From Vicugna vicugna (lineage: Eukaryota): a DNA stretch of 64,000 nucleotides. The stretch is from contig MU058669.1 of NCBI GenBank assembly GCA_013265495.1, positions 664,056-728,055 of the forward strand, given 5' to 3'. The notes beneath the pieces were generated by a model. That model made no database searches. It saw only the letters and a list, made by a program, of their open reading frames with translations, and had not been told where the DNA came from. Position 1 is the first letter of the stretch; each line of letters begins with the position of its first letter. This document shows positions 54,084-64,000 of this stretch, in pieces. The translations under genes were made by a program, and so were the position numbers.

Positions 54084-54337
54084 TCCTGAGTCACAGGTGT
54101 TAGCTCTGTCTGGCTGCCTGATGGAATCCCCAGCCTTGGCTTCTCTCGCCCTGTCTGTGGGCCAAACTCTTCTGGCCTACCTCCCTGAACTCGGCTTCTT
54201 CCTTGTCTAAATTCATGTAACTGTTCATCTTCTCTGATGGTTCACCTGACTTAGAATCCTTGCCCTTTTCCTATTCAGCCTTATCCTGCCATCATCTGCC
54301 TCTCAACAGGCTATTGAGATGCTGTAATTACATAAGA

Positions 54338-54557
54338 CAGGGTTTCTCAACCTCAGGGCTGTTGACATTTTGGGCTGGATAATTTTTTGTCGTGGGAGGC
54401 TGCCCCATGTGTTGTAGGATGTTTAGCAGCATCCCTGGGCCTCTACCCACTAAATTCCAGTATTACCCTCTATCCCTAGTTATGGCAACAAAGAATATCT
54501 CCAGACATTGCCAAGTGTCCCAGGGGGTGAAAAATCCCCTCTGGTTGAGAACCACTG
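54338..54557. mobile_element. MER20 hAT-Charlie MITE, full length
   Basis: TIRs cagggtttctcaacc / ggttgagaaccactg, typical internal sequence, 8-bp TSD acataaga / acgtaagt (6/8). Confidence 0.88.
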
Positions 54558-55564
54558 ACGTAAGTCTACAATCAGGGACTTTAGGGATCCGTTAGATTGA
54601 CGCCCCCTTCTCTCATTTCACAAAAGAGGTCACTAAGACCCTGATTAGGGAAATAAGTTGCCCAGGGTTGTATCACAGATAGGCAGTCCTGCAGGCAAGA
54701 GACTTCATATCTTTTCAATCTTAGATCAGTGCTTTGCATTAGCATGGTGAAATCTCCTTAGAAGTTGGTCAAGTAAAGTGAAAAGGTAGTGACTTTGGAG
54801 AGAGACAAACCGGGTTAGAATCTAGGTCAAGTCATGAGTTGGCTGCATGACCTGAACCACTCTGAGCTTCCATGTCCTCCCAGGGCAAAGAGGGGTGATA
54901 AATTCCCACCTCACAGAATTGTTTTGAGGACTAAATGAGATACTTGTGAAGCTCTAGAATCATACCTGGTATGCAGTGAGTGCTGAGCAAGCACTGGTTC
55001 CCTCTTCCCTTGTGTATAGGGCTGCAAAAATGGCCAGCATAGTCCTGAGGAGAAGTTAGAGGTGTTGGACTCAGAGTCCTATGGAAGATAAGGCTGATAG
55101 GCAACGCCTTCCCAGTGGACTGTGTTAGAAATGCAGGTGGTGGGATCTGGTGTCGGTAGTGGAAACAGCCAAGTAGTTTTCCAGTTTGGAAAATAACTGG
55201 CTGGGTTGTAGGCTGACTCATTGGGAAGAGTTTCCCCCCCCTCCTTTCCTGTGGATGATGCTCAGATGATTTTATCTTATCTCTAACGTCCTGCTGTCTC
55301 TCTCTTCCCCCAGCAGAAGGTTATTATTACAAACATGCTTAAAGGATAAGGGAGCATTTAGAGCCCCAGGTGAGGACTGTATCCTCTCCTCTTGTATCAG
55401 ATGAATATAAAGGTATTTTCTCCCCTTGGGGCCGTGGAGAGTTGACTTCCATCAGGTAACCAGGGTTCTGGTGTGAGTCTGGCAACTGACAGATAACCCT
55501 AATATAATGCTTTGAAATTTTCAGTTTTCATGAGCATTTTCTTTATCCGCAGGTTGTCCCAGGT

Positions 55565-55737
55565 ATAGTGGTTGTCAACCTTGGCTGCACATTTTAATCG
55601 TATGAGCATTCAAAACAAAACTATAACCATGCCTGCACTCAGGCAGTCTGTGCCTGGAGATGCATCTTGGGCATTGGTGATTTGATTTAAAGTTCCCTAG
55701 GTGATTCCAGTGTGCAGGTAGAGTCAAGAGTCACTGC
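55565..55737. mobile_element. MER5-type hAT MITE
   Basis: agtggttgtcaaccttggctgcacatt...aaagttccctaggtgattcc motif. Confidence 0.65.
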
Positions 55738-56379
55738 CTATTTTGACATCAAATGTCCCATTTCTTTGATAGGAAAAGGAGTTTCAGGTAGTTAATTTTC
55801 TTGTCCAAGTTTTAAAGGTAGGAAGAATAGAGCCAGGTATTGTGAATCCTAATCTCATAAACTAGACTTTCTCCTCCATCATGTTGCTTCTACACTCGTG
55901 GTAGGATCTGGAAACGTCAAGAAACAAAAGTTCTTTGAAATTTACAAAGCACTGGGTTAGGGTTGCTTGTCAGTGGCCGGATTCACACCAGCATCCAGGT
56001 TGCAAGATGGCAGTAAAATTTCCATGGTCCCAGAGGAGAAAATGCTATTCTAGTCATCTGATAGGAGAGGAGGAAGTAGCTTCTTATTCATGAACCTCAG
56101 TTTTCCTATCTGTAGATTGGGATAGGAATGGACCTCCATAGACATTCTTTCCTAGAGAGAACAGTAGTGTTTGGGAAGAAAGGAACTCGCCATCTCATCT
56201 CTTAATTAGGGTACACTGATTTTTTGTTATTTCAGTGATATTCATGCCTATTTGTGTAGGGCCTTGCTGATCCTCTCTGGGTATAAATCAGAGTGTTGCT
56301 TAGCAGATAACCTGAACAGGGCTGTAAAAGATGCAAGATAAAGCAAGGAAAATTAGAGGATGTACATTTCAACTTTCAC

Positions 56380-56630
56380 ACCTGCGACATCTCATTGACA
56401 GGGGCGGTCTAATACTACCATGGGGCTACTTTGACCATTAGGAACTCTTTTCTTTAGTTGAACCTAAGTCTATTGCCCTCTAACTCCTAGAACCGATTCT
56501 GGTCTCGTCCACACAGAAAGCTGGCACCATATCCCCAGGATAGCTGTAAGGATCCTTCTCCAGGATGAACCAGCTATTCTGCACGGGACCCGCTTTTCAG
56601 TCCCCTTTACAACCTGCTTGCTGCTCCCTA
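56380..56630 (-). mobile_element. CR1/L3 remnant
   Basis: ttaggaactcttttctttagttgaacctaagtct and ccttctccaggatgaac motifs. Confidence 0.45.
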
Positions 56631-57151
56631 GCCTGGATCTATTTTAATGGGGGAAAAGAGACTCTTCCTCCCCTTCTCCTTTTGGGTTAATCCTATCTGG
56701 ATTGGTGATATCTCATGCCCTATAAGAAGACAGGCTGGCTTTCCCAAAGATGTGGTAGGTATAGCTTGAACCATTCCGTTTTTGGTTATTTTGATATTAC
56801 AGGGTGGTGGAGAACTCTTTGCCTGTGATTTTTCTGGTCCCAAAGGCACTGTAACCACTGCCAGTATAACCCTGCTCCTTATGCAGTTGGAACTGTGGCC
56901 CTTGAAAACCAGTACCCTTCTGTCTTTTTGTTGTTGTTGTTATCTTATTTGGATAAATAACCCAGTGATCTAGTTTGGCTGAAATGACTTGTTTGAGAGC
57001 TCTTTGTGATTCAAGGGTAGTGGTCATCATTAAAAACGTACTGAACTTAGGCTTAGCAATAAGGAAATAACATTGTTTAGAGCTCTGGCTTCAGAAATGG
57101 CAAAGAAATGGAATGGACAAATATGAAAAGTAGATAATGGATCCACAGTGA

Positions 57152-57157
57152 TTTAAT
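57152..57157 (-). terminator. Candidate distal polyadenylation signal (ATTAAA) of GRIA1
   Basis: tttaat on + strand. Downstream on - strand is U-rich (ctacttttcatatttgtccattccatttctttgcc). Repeats resume beyond ~56600. Confidence 0.6.
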
Positions 57158-58872
57158 TCTTGGTGATATTTTCATTTTATGCAAATACCAAAAGAAAAAA
57201 AAACCTGGCTATTTGAAAGAAAAACAGGAACCAAAAAAATATTTAGTGTTTGATCAAGCAAAAATCCTTTCACACATGTGCCAAGAGAGTTAAAACAAAT
57301 ATAGATGTTAAATAAAAGGCTCAAGTACCAAAGAGCAAAATTTAATGAAAGCCAGAACTGTTAAGTAGGGATTCCTGTTGAGAAAAATGTCAATCTGTTT
57401 CAGTTTTCCCATTGCTCTATTTTTAAGAAAAGTGTAGTAAAAATACATAATACAAGTTAACTTTTTTCTTACTTTTGTTTTCCCCATCACCCCTCCATTG
57501 GTGAAAAACATCTTCTGCTGGAGTCTTAGACCCCCACATGGCATAGACCCTGTCTTCCAGCAGAGGTGGTCTCTCCCTATCAGCTCATGTTACTGGTGAG
57601 CTTAGTGGCTGAACAGGCATCTTACCAAGCCACAGGCAAAAAGTCTTTGAAATGTGTTGATGGTCGAGGGTTATTTCCAACTCCTCCGAAATGCAGACTC
57701 CCTAATGGTGGGTCATACCAGATTCTGCAGTGGTAGGCTAAGGGTTGAGAAAAATATGGGGTGAGGGCAAGGGGAGGGGAGGGCATCAGCTGGCAGTAGT
57801 GAAAAGAGAAAATCCATCTTGAGGGACCCGCTTCACGTACCATGCCCACATTGACACGTGAGAGACTGAACAACGACGCTTGTGCTGAGAGGGCGGAGAG
57901 ATTGATTCGGGGATGGCTCTCTGCTGTGGCTGATGAAAGGAGGATGGAAAAGACATAGAGATGGTGGGTGTTCACTGAGAGAATCCACAGATGAAGCCAG
58001 TCATGCTGCACTTACTTGTAGGGAGGCTCTAAAACCTTTAGTTTGTCAGTGGCTAATGATAACCTCTAGCAGAGAAGACTGGATAGAAGTAGGGGGCAAT
58101 GGAACAAGCCAGAATCTGGTTATCAATAAAAGCTGATGACACATGGCACGCACTGAATCATGCACCTAGGAGAGTGGCTGCTGGAGAGCTGGAAGCCAAT
58201 TGCACCAAGAATGAGAGTTGGGATCTCCAAGAAAGCCATATGCCAGGACCTCCCAACACGCCCCCCACCACTAACCCCCAGGCAAAGCTGTAGTCAGCCT
58301 GGGCTTCTCTCTAGGAACCCGGTCCCTTCTCCAATCATATTTTAGTTCAGCTTTGTAGTCATAAATCATAGGCATACTGATTCTGGTCACTGAAATACAG
58401 CATCCTCATTCTGTCTCAGCCAAGGGGAAGGTCAGCCTCCTCGGATCAGAAGTTGGGGTCAGGGATTTTAAGGTCCCCCAGTCTCATTGTCAACTTAATC
58501 CATCTCCCTGTTCTCCTTCAAATCATTCAGCCTTGGCCATTTTACTTTGTAAAGATGACAGAACGTTATCTGACCACATGCTAAAACAACACTTTTATGT
58601 GGACGTAAAAACTCAAGTTCTCCACGTCAGTAAAACCTTAAATGTCATACTTTGTCTCTCAGTCCTAGGACAGGGCACACCATGGAAGGTTCTTTTGCTT
58701 GTGGGCTTCAGTGAAGCTTCCTCTTCCAGAATTCTTCCATCAGCTTTCTTTTGCTTTTAGCTTGCATAACGTTTCCCCCCACCTCAGAGGCTCCAAAGAG
58801 AAAGAGAGTCTACTCTACAATGGGGTTCCTGCCCAGATGTCAAGCAAATAAAAAGTGAGAATCAGGAGTGGT

Positions 58873-58878
58873 TTTATT
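58873..58878 (-). terminator. Candidate middle polyA signal (AATAAA)
   Basis: tttatt on + strand. Downstream on - strand is ctcactttttatttgcttg (U-rich). Confidence 0.4.
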
Positions 58879-59596
58879 CCTGGCTGTCAGCTATTCCCAA
58901 GGCTCTGCTTGGTTCAGGAGGCTAGTTGTCCTTCAGCCACCAGAGTGCCTTTGAGCTTGAGCTTCGCAGAAGGACACACTTCTCAGGGCTCAGGTTGACT
59001 GTGAAGGAGCAGATTGTTCCACCAAAGATCTAGGAGACGGTTGTTACACATTAAAGGAAGATGGATCTGAGCCTCCAGCAGTAACGTCATGGGTCTTTCT
59101 TGGTCTGCACCGCTGCCTTTATCCTCTCCACCACCCTCGGTCTGAGTTGCTTCACACATGTTCTCACAAGGACTAAGTCTGCGCTTAGGCAGTGCCCTGT
59201 CTGGGGAAGGCAGCCTGTTCCTCCAGCAACGTCCATCTCCATCTTGGCTCGGGGCCAAGGCATGGAGGGGAATTTGGAGAGCTCCCATGACGAATTAATT
59301 TGAAGATTGCTTTTCCCCTTTTGCTTGCTTGTCAGGTGGAACAAATCTTGAATCTCCAATCTGAAAACTGAAGAGGGATGGGGAGGGAGTTGGGAATAAG
59401 AAGTATGGAGAAGGAAGGGGACTAACAGAACCTGCAAACCATGGATATTAGTAAGAAAAAAATATTGCACACACTAAGACACATTAACAACCAAATTAAA
59501 AGAAAACAGCAGTTTCCTCATTAGTGTTCCAGTGACTTGGTGTTAAGAGACACAGGCTATATTTGACAGGGTTATTCTCCCCTTATTGCAGTACAG

Positions 59597-59602
59597 TTTA
59601 TT
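59597..59602 (-). terminator. Candidate proximal polyA signal (AATAAA)
   Basis: tttatt on + strand ~230 nt after the stop; only a weak GU element (tgtgtctct) downstream. Confidence 0.3.
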
Positions 59603-59829
59603 TGTCATCCTCACTTAGCAAATGAAAAAAAGGTGAAAGAACATCAAAAAAAGAAAAGGGGGCGCAAAATGGTTTCTCAATTCTTCAGGAAAATCTGTTG
59701 AATTATTCTCCTGTGGTCATGGTGGTTGGTGGCGGCTGCGTTTCATTTTGTTGTTTTTGGCACTGAAGGGTTTGGGATGGAACTGGGGGAGCATGAGCAT
59801 ACTCCCCAAGGGGTCTCCGTCTGCTCTGG

Positions 59830-64000
<4,171 letters not shown>

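Larger units (their letters stand above)
57130..59829 (-). other. GRIA1: GRIA1 3' UTR (~2.7 kb; distal end approximate)
   Basis: Follows the stop codon, is nearly free of recognisable interspersed repeats, and the proximal part resembles my recollection of the human GRIA1 UTR. Ends near ATTAAA (57152-57157) followed by a U-rich tract. Confidence 0.75.

Noticed and set aside
1..57100. Remaining 60-160 aa ORFs in the track
   Set aside because: Mostly overlap L1, L2, MIR or LTR remnants or low-complexity DNA; none resembles a known protein exon.
57758..57783. G-quadruplex-like run in the 3' UTR region
   Set aside because: G-runs are on the + strand, so the mRNA is C-rich there; no support for an RNA G4.

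Overview
Eukaryotic (mammalian) genomic DNA, not prokaryotic. Two short tRNA-derived SINEs and the young L1 3' ends point to a camelid (inference). The only protein-coding sequence I can support is the terminal coding exon of GRIA1 (AMPA receptor GluA1 C-tail, [23 protein letters not shown]...PLGATGL*) on the minus strand at 59830-60030. Its ~2.7 kb 3' UTR runs to about 57130, and 60031-64000 is part of the last intron. Positions 1-57100 are gene-free downstream DNA made mostly of L1, L2, MIR, CR1/L3, MaLR/ERVL LTRs and hAT/Tigger remnants, many nested and several with readable target-site duplications (TSDs). Nearly all ORFs in the supplied track are spurious or repeat-derived. Most interesting observations: (1) the GRIA1 terminal 3' splice region has three exposed in-frame AGs, while a GC-rich hairpin contains all the intervening out-of-frame AGs; the GluA1-specific GFCLIPQ peptide is encoded by a sequence that itself looks like a splice acceptor. 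(2) A complex templated insertion at 5256-5426: a perfect 35-bp inverted repeat around an 88-bp copy of DNA from 1.5 kb away. (3) An ungapped 88-bp inverted duplication (20884-20971 / 22160-22247). (4) Tandem polyA signals and clustered miRNA seed sites in the GRIA1 3' UTR. I see no evidence of a new multi-gene system. Repeat family names are from visual recall of consensus sequences, not from a search, and boundaries without TSDs are approximate.
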